Shown here: one piece after another, positions 35,101 to 48,157 of the stretch
Position numbering within the stretch: position 1 is the first letter of the stretch
How the letters are laid out: the number at the start of each line of letters is the position of its first letter
From: Amphiscolops sp. MND2022
Taxonomy: Eukaryota
Length of the DNA stretch: 64,000 nucleotides
Direction of reading: 5' to 3'
Assembly (NCBI GenBank): GCA_964187785.1
Contig: OZ076418.1
Location: forward strand, 31,744,001 to 31,808,000
Notes under the pieces: generated by a model
Seen by the model: only the letters and a program-made list of their open reading frames with translations
What the model was told of the DNA's origin: nothing
Databases searched by the model: none
Made by a program: the position numbers and the translations under genes

Positions 35101-38100
35101 AAATGTCGTATTTTGGAGCGTTTGCGCTCCCTATGATCCGACTCATTTCAGCCAAAATTTTACTGAACTTAAAACTGTTCTTGCCGTACTCATAGGTGCT
35201 TATATTACCATGTCACCAAGTGCAATCTTTGTTGATTCAGTTGAGATTTTATTTAATTAGTTACGCTTTGCACTACAGCTTGGCTTCATTGGTTGTATGG
35301 CCAATGAGTGCGCCTGCCCATGGGCCGCAAAATTTACAGCTGGTCCTATAGCCATGTTGTCGGAAGTGGTCATGTCGACCTCATCCCATTCCAGATATAT
35401 CTAGTCCTGTCACAAGTACAGCTGCGTAGCCTGGTTCGACTAGGGCATGTCTTGAGTGTCCCCAGATATACAGGATAACACGGCGCAGCTTTGGAGGATG
35501 TGTACCTCTCTGGAGCATTGGCTGTACTCCAAACTGGTCTACGCGTCAGGGCTGTTTGTCGGCGTTGATCAAGTGCAACCGCTACACGACCCTACAGACA
35601 GCTTCCCTGGGAGACTGCAGGATTCCCCATGCCACAGCAACTAGCCGACTTGACGTTGGCCGAAGTTGAAGACATGATACAGGTAATGGCGCCTGTGCTG
35701 GCCCTGTCTTTGGTCCGATGGACCTCGCTCGTTAACCCACGAAACCCGTAGCCATGGCTGTACGAGTGCAGACGGCGTCGATATATACTTACTTGCAAGG
35801 AGCGCATCCCATGAACTATCAGCGTATGCTGGATAGCGTGCTGAGCGGAGAGATGCCTCAGGCATACACCACCATCAAAACTAAGAAGCAGTTGGAGGAG
35901 AATTTGATGGGTGTCCTGTGGGCCAGGACCCGGAAAGCCTGTCCCCTGCCGCGGGAGCACAGCCCTGTGAACTGGTATGCTGCTCCAATGAGCATCAATG
36001 GCTACCCATTTAGATTCCGCTGGAATCAAGAGACTTTGAGGAAAACAATCCGAGCCAGCTCGCGAGCTGTTCTTCGTGTAGATCCGCATTATGTGTTCGG
36101 ATTCATTGCCATCCGAAGTCGCTATTGGAACGATCCCGTGGGTTGGGCGCGTGCTTGTCCTTTGACTCGCGGTCCCGACTGCCTACTGCACCAGATACAA
36201 CACTTCGACGTGGCCAGATTGCTGTCGTGGATTGACAGTGCTGCCCAGGTGCGCCAAAGATACTTGAGAAGCCGCATTACTCCAACCAAGCGAGACACCT
36301 TTGGTTACCGCAAAGTAAAATGACCATGTCCAGCGATATGCCCCTGTCGATGCATGCCCCTGTCGATGCATGCCGCTGTCGTGCCGAGTGTGAAGAACAA
36401 GCGTTGTAGATATAAATTGCCGGGTTTGAAGCCTGTAAAAGAGCTTGTGTGATCTAGAGACCTCCCAACTGGGTCTCAAAAAGGATATCCCTGGCTGGGA
36501 GGGTGAGCGACAGCAGGCGTTCGCGCCTAGTATGACCATGTCACTGGATCAGCACGTGATGGTGGCTGCATTGGCTCCTGCTACGGAACCAGTGACAGAT
36601 CCCTTAGATCCTCAGGTGCCGGCAGCAGTGCCAAAACCAGCGGAGGTACAGGCCGCAGAACTAACACCCAGTGCATAATTGGTACAACCCGTAAAGGACC
36701 TCGTGATCGCCGTGTCCGATTAGGAAGATGAAACTGTGGTTACTTCGCCACGTAGAAGAGCCTCGGCATCGATGAGAAATGCCCTAGATAGTGATTCTGA
36801 AACCCAAGAACACAGCAGGCGCAGTTGAACGCAAAAAATGTCGTATTTTGGAGCGTTTGCGCTCCCTATGATCTGACTCATTTCAGCGAAAATTTTACTG
36901 AACTTAAAACTGTTCTTGCCGTACTCATAGGTGCTTATATTACCATGTCACCAAGTGCAATCTTTGTTGATTCAGTTGAGATTTTATTTAATTAGTTACG
37001 CTTTGCACTACAGCTTGGCTTCATTGGTTGTATGGCCAATGAGTGCGCCTGCCCATGGGCCGCAAAATTTACAGCTGGTCCTATAGCCATGTTGTCGGAA
37101 GTGGTCGTGTCGACCTCATCCCATTCCAGATATATCTAGTCCTGTCACAAGTACAGCTGCGTAGCCTGGTTCGACTAGGGCATGTCTTGAGTGTCCCCAG
37201 ATATACAGGATAACACGGCGCAGCTTTGGAGGATGTGTACCTCTCTGGAGCATTGGCTGTACTCCAAACTGGTCTACGCGTCAGGGCTGTTTGTCGGCGT
37301 TGATCAAGTGCAACCGCTACACGACCCTACAGACAGCTTCCCTGGGAGACTGCAGGATTCCCCATGCCACAGCAACTAGCCGACTTGACGTTGGCCGAAG
37401 TTGAAGACATGATACAGGTAATGGCGCCTGTGCTGGCCCTGTCTTTGGTCCGATGGACCTCGCTCGTTAACCCACGAAACCCGTAGCCATGGCTGTACGA
37501 GTGCAGACGGCGTCGATATATACTTACTTGCAAGGAGCGCATCCCATGAACTATCAGCGTATGCTGGATAGCGTGCTGAGCGGAGAGATGCCTCAGGCAT
37601 ACACCACCATCAAAACTAAGAAGCAGTTGGAGGAGAATTTGATGGGTGTCCTGTGGGCCAGGACCCGGAAAGCCTGTCCCCTGCCGCGGGAGCACAGCCC
37701 TGTGAACTGGTATGCTGCTCCAATGAGCATCAATGGCTACCCATTTAGATTCCGCTGGAATCAAGAGACTTTGAGGAAAACAATCCGAGCCAGCTCGCGA
37801 GCTGTTCTTCGTGTAGATCCGCATTATGTGTTCGGATTCATTGCCATCCGAAGTCGCTATTGGAACGATCCCGTGGGTTGGGCGCGTGCTTGTCCTTTGA
37901 CTCGCGGTCCCGACTGCCTACTGCACCAGATACAACACTTCGACGTGGCCAGATTGCTGTCGTGGATTGACAGTGCTGCCCAGGTGCGCCAAAGATACTT
38001 GAGAAGCCGCATTACTCCAACCAAGCGAGACACCTTTGGTTACCGCAAAGTAAAATGACCATGTCCAGCGATATGCCCCTGTCGATGCATGCCCCTGTCG

Positions 38101-41100
38101 ATGCATGCCGCTGTCGTGCCGAGTGTGAAGAACAAGCGTTGTAGATATAAATTGCCGGGTTTGAAGCCTGTAAAAGAGCTTGTGTGATCTAGAGACCTCC
38201 CAACTGGGTCTCAAAAAGGATATCCCTGGCTGGGAGGGTGAGCGACAGCAGGCGTTCGCGCCTAGTATGACCATGTCACTGGATCAGCACGTGATGGTGG
38301 CTGCATTGGCTCCTGCTACGGAACCAGTGACAGATCCCTTAGATCCTCAGGTGCCGGCAGCAGTGCCAAAACCAGCGGAGGTACAGGCCGCAGAACTAAC
38401 ACCCAGTGCATAATTGGTACAACCCGTAAAGGACCTCGTGATCGCCGTGTCCGATTAGGAAGATGAAACTGTGGTTACTTCGCCACGTAGAAGAGCCTCG
38501 GCATCGATGAGAAATGCCCTAGATAGTGATTCTGAAACCCAAGAACACAGCAGGCGCAGTTGAACGCAAAAAATGTCGTATTTTGGAGCGTTTGCGCTCC
38601 CTATGATCTGACTCATTTCAGCGAAAATTTTACTGAACTTAAAACTGTTCTTGCCGTACTCATAGGTGCTTATATTACCATGTCACCAAGTGCAATCTTT
38701 GTTGATTCAGTTGAGATTTTATTTAATTAGTTACGCTTTGCACTACAGCTTGGCTTCATTGGTTGTATGGCCAATGAGTGCGCCTGCCCATGGGCCGCAA
38801 AATTTACAGCTGGTCCTATAGCCATGTTGTCGGAAGTGGTCGTGTCGACCTCATCCCATTCCAGATATATCTAGTCCTGTCACAAGTACAGCTGCGTAGC
38901 CTGGTTCGACTAGGGCATGTCTTGAGTGTCCCCAGATATACAGGATAACACGGCGCAGCTTTGGAGGATGTGTACCTCTCTGGAGCATTGGCTGTACTCC
39001 AAACTGGTCTACGCGTCAGGGCTGTTTGTCGGCGTTGATCAAGTGCAACCGCTACACGACCCTACAGACAGCTTCCCTGGGAGACTGCAGGATTCCCCAT
39101 GCCACAGCAACTAGCCGACTTGACGTTGGCCGAAGTTGAAGACATGATACAGGTAATGGCGCCTGTGCTGGCCCTGTCTTTGGTCCGATGGACCTCGCTC
39201 GTTAACCCACGAAACCCGTAGCCATGGCTGTACGAGTGCAGACGGCATCGATATATACTTACTTGCAAGGAGCGCATCCCATGAACTATCAGCGTATGCT
39301 GGATAGCGTGCTGAGCGGAGAGATGCCTCAGGCATACACCACCATCAAAACTAAGAAGCAGTTGGAGGAGAATTTGATGGGTGTCCTGTGGGCCAGGACC
39401 CGGAAAGCCTGTCCCCTGCCGCGGGAGCACAGCCCTGTGAACTGGTATGCTGCTCCAATGAGCATCAATGGCTACCCATTTAGATTCCGCTGGAATCAAG
39501 AGACTTTGAGGAAAACAATCCGAGCCAGCTCGCGAGCTGTTCTTCGTGTAGATCCGCATTATGTGTTCGGATTCATTGCCATCCGAAGTCGCTATTGGAA
39601 CGATCCGGTGGGTTGGGCGCGTGCTTGTCCTTTGACTCGCGGTCCCGACTGCCTACTGCACCAGATACAACACTTCGACGTGGCCAGATTGCTGTCGTGG
39701 ATTGACAGTGCTGCCCAGGTGCGCCAAAGATACTTGAGAAGCCGCATTACTCCAACCAAGCGAGACACCTTTGGTTACCGCAAAGTAAAATGACCATGTC
39801 CAGCGATATGCCCCTGTCGATGCATGCCCCTGTCGATGCATGCCGCTGTCGTGCCGAGTGTGAAGAACAAGCGTTGTAGATATAAATTGCCGGGTTTGAA
39901 GCCTGTAAAAGAGCTTGCGTGATCTAGAGACCTCCCAACTGGGTCTCAAAAAGGATATCCCTGGCTGGGAGGGTGAGCGACAGCAGGCGTTCGCGCCTAG
40001 TATGACCATGTCACTGGATCAGCCCGTGATGGTGGCTGCATTGGCTCCTGCTACGGAACCAGTGACAGATCCCTTAGATCCTCAGGTGCCGGCAGCAGTG
40101 CCAAAACCAGCGGAGGTACAGGCCGCAGAACTAACACACAGTGCATAATTGGTACAACCCGTAAAGGACCTCGTGATCGCCGTGTCCGATTAGGAAGATG
40201 AAACTGTGGTTACTTCGCCACGTAGAAGAGCCTCGGCATCGATGAGAAATGCCCTAGATAGTGATTCTGAAACCCACGAACACAGCAGGCGCAGTTGAAC
40301 GCAAAAAATGTCGTATTTTGGAGCGTTTGCGCTCCCTATGATCCGACTCATTTCAGCCAAATTTTTACTGAACTTAAAACTGTTCTTGCCGTACTCATAG
40401 GTGCTTATATTACCATGTCACCAAGTGCAATCTTTGTTGATTCAGTTGAGATTTTATTTAATTAGTTACGCTTTGCACTACAGCTTGGCTTCATTGGTTG
40501 TATGGCCAATGAGTGCGCCTGCCCATGGGCCGCAAAATTTACAGCTGGTCCTATAGCCATGTTGTCGGAAGTGGTCGTGTCGACCTCATCCCATTCCAGA
40601 TATATCTAGTCCTGTCACAAGTACAGCTGCGTAGCCTGGTTCGACTAGGGCATGTCTTGAGTGTCCCCAGATATACAGGATAACACGGCGCAGCTTTGGA
40701 GGATGTGTACCTCTCTGGAGCATTGGCTGTACTCCAAACTGGTCTACGCGTCAGGGCTGTTTGTCGGCGTTGATCAAGTGCAACCGCTACACGACCCTAC
40801 AGACAGCTTCCCTGGGAGACTGCAGGATTCCCCATGCCACAGCAACTAGCCGACTTGACGTTGGCCGAAGTTGAAGACATGATACAGGTAATGGCGCCTG
40901 TGCTGGCCCTGTCTTTGGTCCGATGGACCTCGCTCGTTAACCCACGAAACCCGTAGCCATGGCTGTACGAGTGCAGACGGAGTCGATATATACTTACTTG
41001 CAAGGAGCGCATCCCATGAACTATCAGCGTATGCTGGATAGCGTGCTGAGCGGAGAGATGCCTCAGGCATACACCACCATCAAAACTAAGAAGCAGTTGG

Positions 41101-42272
41101 AGGAGAATTTGATGGGTGTCCTGTGAGCCAGGACCCGGAAAGCCTGTCCCCTGCCGCGGGAGCACAGCCCTGTGAACTGGTATGCTGCTCCAATGGGCAT
41201 CAATGTCTACCCATTTAGATTCCGCTGGAATCAAGAGACTTTGAGGAAAACAATCCGAGCCAGCTCGCGAGCTGTTCTTCGTGTAGATCCGCATTATGTG
41301 TTCGGATTCATTGCCATCCGAAGTCGCTATTGGAACGATCCGGTGGGTTGGGCGCGTGCTTGTCCTTTGACTCGCGGTCCCGACTGCCTACAGCACCAGA
41401 TACAACACTTCGACGTGGCCAGATTGCTGTCGTGGATTGACAGTGCTGCCCAGGTGCGCCAAAGATACTTGAGAAGCCGCATTACTCCAACCAAGCGAGA
41501 CACCTTTGGTTACCGCAAAGTAAAATGACCATGTCCGGCGATATGCCCCTGTCGATGCATGCCCCTGTCGATGCATGCCCCTGTCGATGCATGCCTCTGT
41601 CGTGCCGAGTGTGAAGAACAAGCGTTGTAGATATAAATTGCCGGGTTTGCAGCCTGTAAAAGAGCTGGCGAGATCTAGAGACCTCCCAACTGGGTCTCAA
41701 AAAGGATATCCCTGGCTGGGAGGGTGAGCGACAGCAGGCGTTCGCGCCTAGTATGACCATGTCACTGGATCAGCCCGTGATGGTGGCTGCATTGGCTCCT
41801 GCTACGGAACCAGTGACAGATCCCTTAGATCCTCAGGTGCCGGCAGCAGTGCCAAAACCAGCGGAGGTACAGGCCGCAGAACTAACACCCAGTGCATAAT
41901 TGGTACAACCCGTAAAGGACCTCGTGATCGCCGTGTCCGATTAGGAAGATGAAACTGTGGTTACTTCGCCACGTAGAAGAGCCTCGGCATTGGTGAGAAA
42001 TGCACTAGATAGTGATTCTGAAACCCAAGAACACAGCAGGCGCAGTTGAACGCAAAAAATGTCGTTTTTTGGAGCGTTTGCGCTCCCTATGATCCGACTC
42101 ATTTGAGCCAAAATTTTACTGAACTTAAAACTGTTCTTGCCGTACTCATAGGTGCTTATATTACCATGTCACCAAGTGCAATCTTTGTTGATTCAGTTGA
42201 GATTTTATTTAGTTAGTTACGCTTTGCACTACAGCTTGGCTTCATTGGTTGTATGGCCAATGAGTGCGCCTG
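33581..42272 (+). repeat. Tandem array of five ~1735-bp units (ORF3 3' part plus start of 3' UTR of element 2)
   Basis: Units start at 33581, 35317, 37052, 38787 and 40522 (lengths 1736, 1735, 1735, 1735, 1751); identical junction GCGCCTG|CCCATGGG; 189-aa ORF recurs every 1735 bp. Confidence 0.96.
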
Positions 42273-42744
42273 CCTCACTTGCTGATATTATTGAAATAAA
42301 AGTGACAACGACTTGAAAGAAATTCTGCTATTTTTTGCTTAGGTCGCTCGCGGCGTTCTTGAGTTGCCATAGCCTAAAATTGAAGTTTTATCCCCATTGA
42401 TTTCTAGTTTACTGTCTTGTGAATTCTATCGAATGCTGTATGTGTAGCAGAGACCAAGCAATTTTAGACGCAATTGATCGTCAGAACGTGTTTTTAACGG
42501 TTGAAAACCCTAGCTTTTGAGCTGGTGCTAAAACATCGTCTACCGTTTTAATAAAATACACAGGCAGTAAAAGGTTACATACGGAAAAAACGCAAACTTG
42601 GTACCAAAAATAAGCTGCAAAACAAGGATTCTTTCTTGTCTCTTGATGTCTGGAAGACGACCCATAACAGTCCAAACAACCCTGTTCCAGGACGAGGCCC
42701 TGTGATGCTTACCAGAGACGACAAGTCAGAAGCCCGGGGAGTGT

Positions 42745-43462
42745 TGTAACGGTAATTTCTGGTACCAAACAAAATTCGATCAAGTTGCAAAACTTCGTTC
42801 AAATCTGACGTGGCAGGCTGAGCATGTTTCAATTGAAGTACCTGCCCAGAATAACAGCAAAGGAGACGAGGCAAGCCGCCCGCATAACGGAACGAGTGAG
42901 AACCTGGCTAGAAGACAGCCATCGGAACCGAAATCCACGGTGTAGAACCCGGAATTGAGAAAAAAACACTACATTTGTAGCAGAAAGCCGAGGAATATGG
43001 CATTGTCCTGAGTTCTCCAGTGGTGTCCTGGGGATGTTGGCAGCTCGAGCGCTTGTTACCCATTTGATCTTTTTCCAAAAACTTGATGTAGCTTGAGTAT
43101 TTGTGATGTTTATTTAGATTTACATGCTCGAGAGCTGTTGCATAACACCTGTCCTGTTAATTCGATTATTGGCCATTTACTGATTCCCACTATGACAAAA
43201 TTCAACTCAGTCTTTCAGACCCCTTTTTTACAGGCAAATTAAGCAGTGTTCTTTGGTCTAAGGAAGATACCTGTTATTTTTAGCAATAAAAGACTGGGAC
43301 CATGCCAGAGAGCGTCCAACAACACATCCCCCTCCTTGGGACTAGCAGTGTCCGTTGGAGGTAAAATGGATTAGAACTGTGAAAATCTAAGTCCCAGATA
43401 CATTTCATAGTTTTAGTTTTTCACTTCTTGTTTCAGCCAACCGCTTAGCGCTTGTCGTTACA
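42745..43462 (+). repeat. 3' LTR of element 2 (718 bp)
   Basis: Preceded by AGAAGCCCGGGGAGTGT; TGTAACG...CGTTACA. Confidence 0.92.
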
Positions 43463-43516
43463 CAGAAACTAATTTATTTCCTCCCGACATCACAGTTTTA
43501 GCGTCGAGGAGACTCC

Positions 43517-46418
43517 GGCGCAGCTTTGGAGGATGTGTACCTCTCTGGAGCATTGGCTGTACTCCTAACTGGTCTACGCGTCAGGGCTGTTTGTCGGAGT
43601 TGAGACCACGGCGCAGCTTTGGAGGATGTGTACCTCTCTGGAGCATTGGCTGTACTCCAAACTGGTCTACGCGTCAGGCTGTTTGTCGGAGTTGATCAAG
43701 TGCAACCGCTACACGACCCTACAGACAGCTTCCCTGGGAGACTGCAGGATTCCCCATGCCACAGCAACTAGCCGACTTAACGTTGGCCGAAGTTGAAGAC
43801 ATGATACAGGTAGTGGCGCCTGTGCTGGCCCTGTTTTTGGTCCGATCGACCTCGCTCGTTAACCCACGAAACCCGTAGCCATGGCTGTACGAGTGCAGAC
43901 GGCATCGATATATACTTACTTGCAAGGAGCGCAACCCATGAACTATCAGCGTATGCTGGATAGCGTGCTGAGCGGAGAGATGCTTCAGGCATACACCACC
44001 ATCAAAACTAAGAAGCAGTTGGAAGAGAATTTGATGGGTGTCCTGTGGGCCAGGACCCGGAAAGCCTGTCCCCTGCCGCGGGAGCACAGCCCTGTGAACT
44101 GGTATGCTGCTCCAATGAGCATCAATGGCTACCCATTTAGATTCCGCTGGAATCAAGAGACTTTGAGGAAAACAATCCGAGCCAGCTCGCGAGCTGTTCT
44201 TCGTGTAGATCCGCATTATGTGTTCGGATTCATTGCCATCCGAAGTCGCTATTGGAACGATCCGGTGGGTTGGGCGCGTGCTTGTCCTTTGACTTACGGT
44301 CCCGACTGCCTACAGCACCAGATACAACACTTCGACGTGGCCAGATTGCTGTCGTGGATTGACAGTGCTGCCCAGGTGCGCCAAAGATACTTGAGAAGCC
44401 GCATTACTTCAACCAAGCGAGACACCTTCGGTTACCGCAAAGTAAAATGACCATGTCCGGCGATATGCCCCTGTCGATGCATGCCTCTGTCGATGCATGC
44501 CCCTGTCGTGCCGAGTGTGAAGAACAAGCGTAGGAGATAGAAATTGCCGGGTTTGCAGCCTGTAAAAGAGCTTGCGAGATCTAGAGACCTCCCAACTGGG
44601 TCTCAAAAAAGATATCCCTGGCTGGGAGGGTGAGCGACAGCAGGCGTTCGCGCCTAGTATGACCATGTCACTGGATCAGCCCGTGATGGTGGCTGCATTG
44701 GCTCCTGCTACGGAACCAGTGACAGATCCCTTAGATCCTCAGGTGCCGGCAGCAGTGCCAAAACCAGCGGAGGTACAGGCCGCAGAACTAACACCCAGTG
44801 CATAATTGGTACAACCCGTAAAGGACCTCGTGATCGCCGTGTCTGATTAGGAAGATGAAACTGTGGTTACTTCGCCACGTAGAAGAGCCTCGGCATCGGT
44901 GAGAAATGCCCTAGATAGTGATTCTGAAACCCAAGAACACAGCAGGCACAGTTGAACACAAAAAATGTCGTATTTTGGAGCGTTTGCGCTCCCTATGATC
45001 CGACTCATTTCAGCCAAATTTTTACTGAACTTAAAACTGTTCTTGCCGTACTCATAGGTGCTTATATTACCATGTCACCAAGTGCAATCTTTGTTGATTC
45101 AGTTGAGATTTTATTTAGTTAGTTACGCTTTGCACTACAGCTTGGCTTCCTTGGTTGTATGGCCAATGAGTGCGCCTGCCTCACTTGCTGATATTATTGA
45201 AATAGAAGAGACAACGACTTGAAAAAAATTCTGCTATTTTTTGCTTAGGTCGCTCGCGGCGTTCTTGAGTTGCCATAGCCTAAAATTGAAGTTTTATCCC
45301 CATTGAGTTCTAGTTTACTGTCTTGTGAATTCTATCGAATGCTGTATGTGTAGCAGAGACCAAGCGATTTTAGACGCAATTGATCGTCAGAACGTGTTTT
45401 TAACGGTTGAAAACCCTAGCTTTTGAGCTGGTGCTAAAACATCGTCTACCGTTTTAATAAAATACACAGGCAGTAAAAGGTTACATACGGAAAAAACGCT
45501 AATTTGGTACCAAAAATAAGCTGCAAAACAAGGATTCTTTCTTGTCTCTTGATGTCCGGAAGACGACCCATAACAGTCCAAACAACCCTGTTCCAGGACG
45601 AGGCCCTGTGATGCTTGCCAGAGACAAGTCAGAAGCCCGGGGAGTGTTGTAACGGTAATTTCTGGTACCAAACAAAATTCGATCAAGTTGCAAAACTTCG
45701 TTCAAATCTGACGTGGCAGGCTGAGCATGTTTCAATTGAAGTACCTGCCGAGAATAACAGCAAAGGAGACGAGGCAAGCCGCCCGCAAAGCCGAACGAGT
45801 GAGAACCTGGCTAGAAGACAGCCATCGGAACCGAAATCCACGGTGTAGAACCCGGAATTGAGAAAAAAACACTACATTTGTAGCAGAAAGCCGAGGAATA
45901 TGGCATTGTCCTGAGTTCTCCAGTGGTGTCCTGGGGATGTTGGCAGCTCGAGCGCTTGTTACCCATTTGATCTTTTTCCAAAAACTTGAAGTAGCTTGAG
46001 TATTTGTGATATTTATTTAGATTTACATGCTCGAGAGCTGTTACACAACATCTGTCCTGTTAATTCGATTATTGGTCATTTACTGATTCCCACTATGGCA
46101 AAATTCAACTCAGTCTTTCAGACCCTTTTTTACAGGCAAATTAAGGAGTGTTCTTTGGTCTAAGGAAGATACCTGTAATTTTTAGCAATAAAAGACTGGG
46201 ACCATGCCAGAGAGCGTCCAACAACACATCCTCCTCCTTGGGACTAGCAGTGTCCCTTGGAGGTAAAATGGATTAGAACTGTGAAAATCTAAGTCCCAGA
46301 TACATTTCATAGTTTTAGTTTTTCACTTCTTGTTTCAGCCAACCGCTTAGCGCTTGTCGTTACACAGAAACTAATTTATTTCCTCCCGACATCACCGTTT
46401 TAGCGTCGAGGAGACTCC
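43517..46418 (+). repeat. ~2.9-kb tandem duplication of the element-2 3' end, 3' LTR and 54 bp of flank
   Basis: Repeats the sequence from ~40688 to 43516; begins with a ~90-bp internal doubling (43517-43603). Confidence 0.92.
45648..46364 (+). repeat. Duplicated 3' LTR of element 2 (717 bp)
   Basis: Same PPT, termini and downstream flank CAGAAACTAATTT as 42745-43462. Confidence 0.92.
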
Positions 46419-46991
46419 TCATTTAGAGCTCCGTGGCGACGTACTGGGACACTCGAAGTCCAGACACGACCAAACAAGCTCGTAAAAACAGTTTTTAGCG
46501 TTCCTGAGGCTTCTTACATACTCCCGCGAGGTCCAAAAGGGCAATTAGCTGAAATACACTCTATTTGATCTAAGGGGTGACAAAAATAGAGGATATAGCA
46601 AATCATACATCATCAAAAACCTGAAAACTGTAGCAAGACAGCAAAAGTGAGCCGATGTAACATCTAAAACAATATCAGCGAGTTTTGAGTCTCCAGTACA
46701 GTGCGTAATAAAATTGTACTTTTCTTCTGTGGAGTTCTTCATCTTGGGGGCAGAACTTCGGGTTTTGTCGTTAAACGGTACGTTTTTCGGCACTGGAAGG
46801 CAAAACACGGTTTTTTTGGGATAACCCTGAGTCTCTGATAGCTTTTCGGGGTATTAGCTTGAAGTGTTCTTTGTCAACCGTTTTTTCAACTAACCTTGTG
46901 TGCCTGCCATGTCGGACATTTATATTTTTGTGCGGTAGTTAGATTTTATCAACAATTTCTAACAGGTGGCACCAAATTGGTGAACGTTACG
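46365..46991 (-). mobile_element. Inverted solo LTR of the element-1 family, right piece (its 5' part)
   Basis: 46410-46565 aligns to the reverse complement of 17985-18140; GGTGAACGTTAC at 46979-46990 is the reverse complement of the LTR1 start; the two pieces sum to 719 bp. Confidence 0.75.
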
Positions 46992-47311
46992 TAAACTGTA
47001 GGTAAGCCTATCAGTTACTCAAATTGCGCTGCAGATTTTTTGAAAAAACCTACTGGGCTATCCATGAAATTTAAAACAAGCCGGGAACCGCCCAAGTCGG
47101 CGGCGCCAAAGGCACAAAAAGAACCCAGGGCACGTGGATTTAATATCACTTGTTGAATAGAGATTTTCCGAAAATCCAAAAAAGTTTTATTTTGGACTAA
47201 AATCATGACCCTAAAGTTCACGTTGGACGCTATTTTGTGAAATTCTGGGAAGAATAGATAACGTTATACGAGAAATGAAAACGTTATATACGATCTTGGA
47301 ACACTTTACAA

Positions 47312-47742
47312 CCGAACTTCGTAAACGATATATCCGAACTTTGAAAACGCTACATCCGAACTTTGAAAACGATATATCCGAACTTTGAAATCGTTGCATC
47401 CGAACTTTGAAAACGTTACATCCGAACTTTAAAAACGTTATATCTGAACTTCCAAAACGTTACATCCTAACTTTGAAAACGATATATCCGAACTTTGAAA
47501 ACGTTACATACGAACTTTGAAAACGTTATATCCGAACTTTGAAAATGTATATCTGAACTTTCAAAACGTTACATCTGAACTTTAAAAACGTTATATCCGA
47601 ACTTTGAAAACGCTATATCCCAAATTTGAAAACGTTTTATCTGAACTTTGAAAATGTATATCCGAACTTTGAAAACGTTATATCCCAACTTTGAAAACGT
47701 TACCTCCGAACATTGAAAACGTTACATCAGAACTTTGAAAAC
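47312..47742. repeat. Minisatellite, ~22-bp unit GAAAACGTTATATCCGAACTTT, about 19-20 degenerate copies
   Basis: Head-to-tail units read directly; no spacers. Confidence 0.92.
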
Positions 47743-48157
47743 ACCAACAAGGAGCGTTCGTATGTAACGAGTTTTGTTTATAATAAATTTTCCAGCAGAA
47801 ATATGGAAAAATATCAAATATGAAATCAGGGAAACTTTCCAAAAGTTTGGAGCCAACCTGTTGAATTGTTTTTTCTGAGAAGTTTTCTTGTACTAAAAAC
47901 CCTTTTTGTGCGTTTTTTCAGTCAAAAAATTAGTCATTTTTCTTGACGTTCTTGGCAAGATCTTGCAAGATCGTACATATTCTTGGCGCTCTTGGTAAGA
48001 ATCTTGTCAAGATTCTAACCAAGGCTTTCAGGAAATTGCATGATTTTTGGTAAGAGTTTCAAGATGATTTACACTGGGCAATCATTTCAATAAAGCATCA
48101 CAAAAACGATTGTTAGGTTCTGTTCTTTTCACTGTTTCTACATCTTTGAAATTGCAG

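Larger units (their letters stand above)
19010..43462 (+). mobile_element. Element 2: decayed Ty3/Gypsy retrotransposon related to element 1 (3' part duplicated again up to 46418)
   Basis: 718-bp LTRs at 19010 and 42745; PBS; fragmented gag/pol/ORF3 collinear with element 1. Confidence 0.92.

Noticed and set aside
34019-44450. Repeated 189-aa ORFs as a tandem host gene family
   Set aside because: They are amplified fragments of element-2 ORF3, homologous to element 1 at 15970-16300
19005-46370. Target-site duplication for element 2
   Set aside because: Left flank GCCTA and right flank CAGAA do not match; none claimed
46890-46940. CLPC peptide as the missing upstream RING exon
   Set aside because: Lies inside the inverted solo LTR and has no phase-compatible donor
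47312-47742. CRISPR array
   Set aside because: Units are contiguous with no unique spacers, there are no cas genes, and the context is eukaryotic
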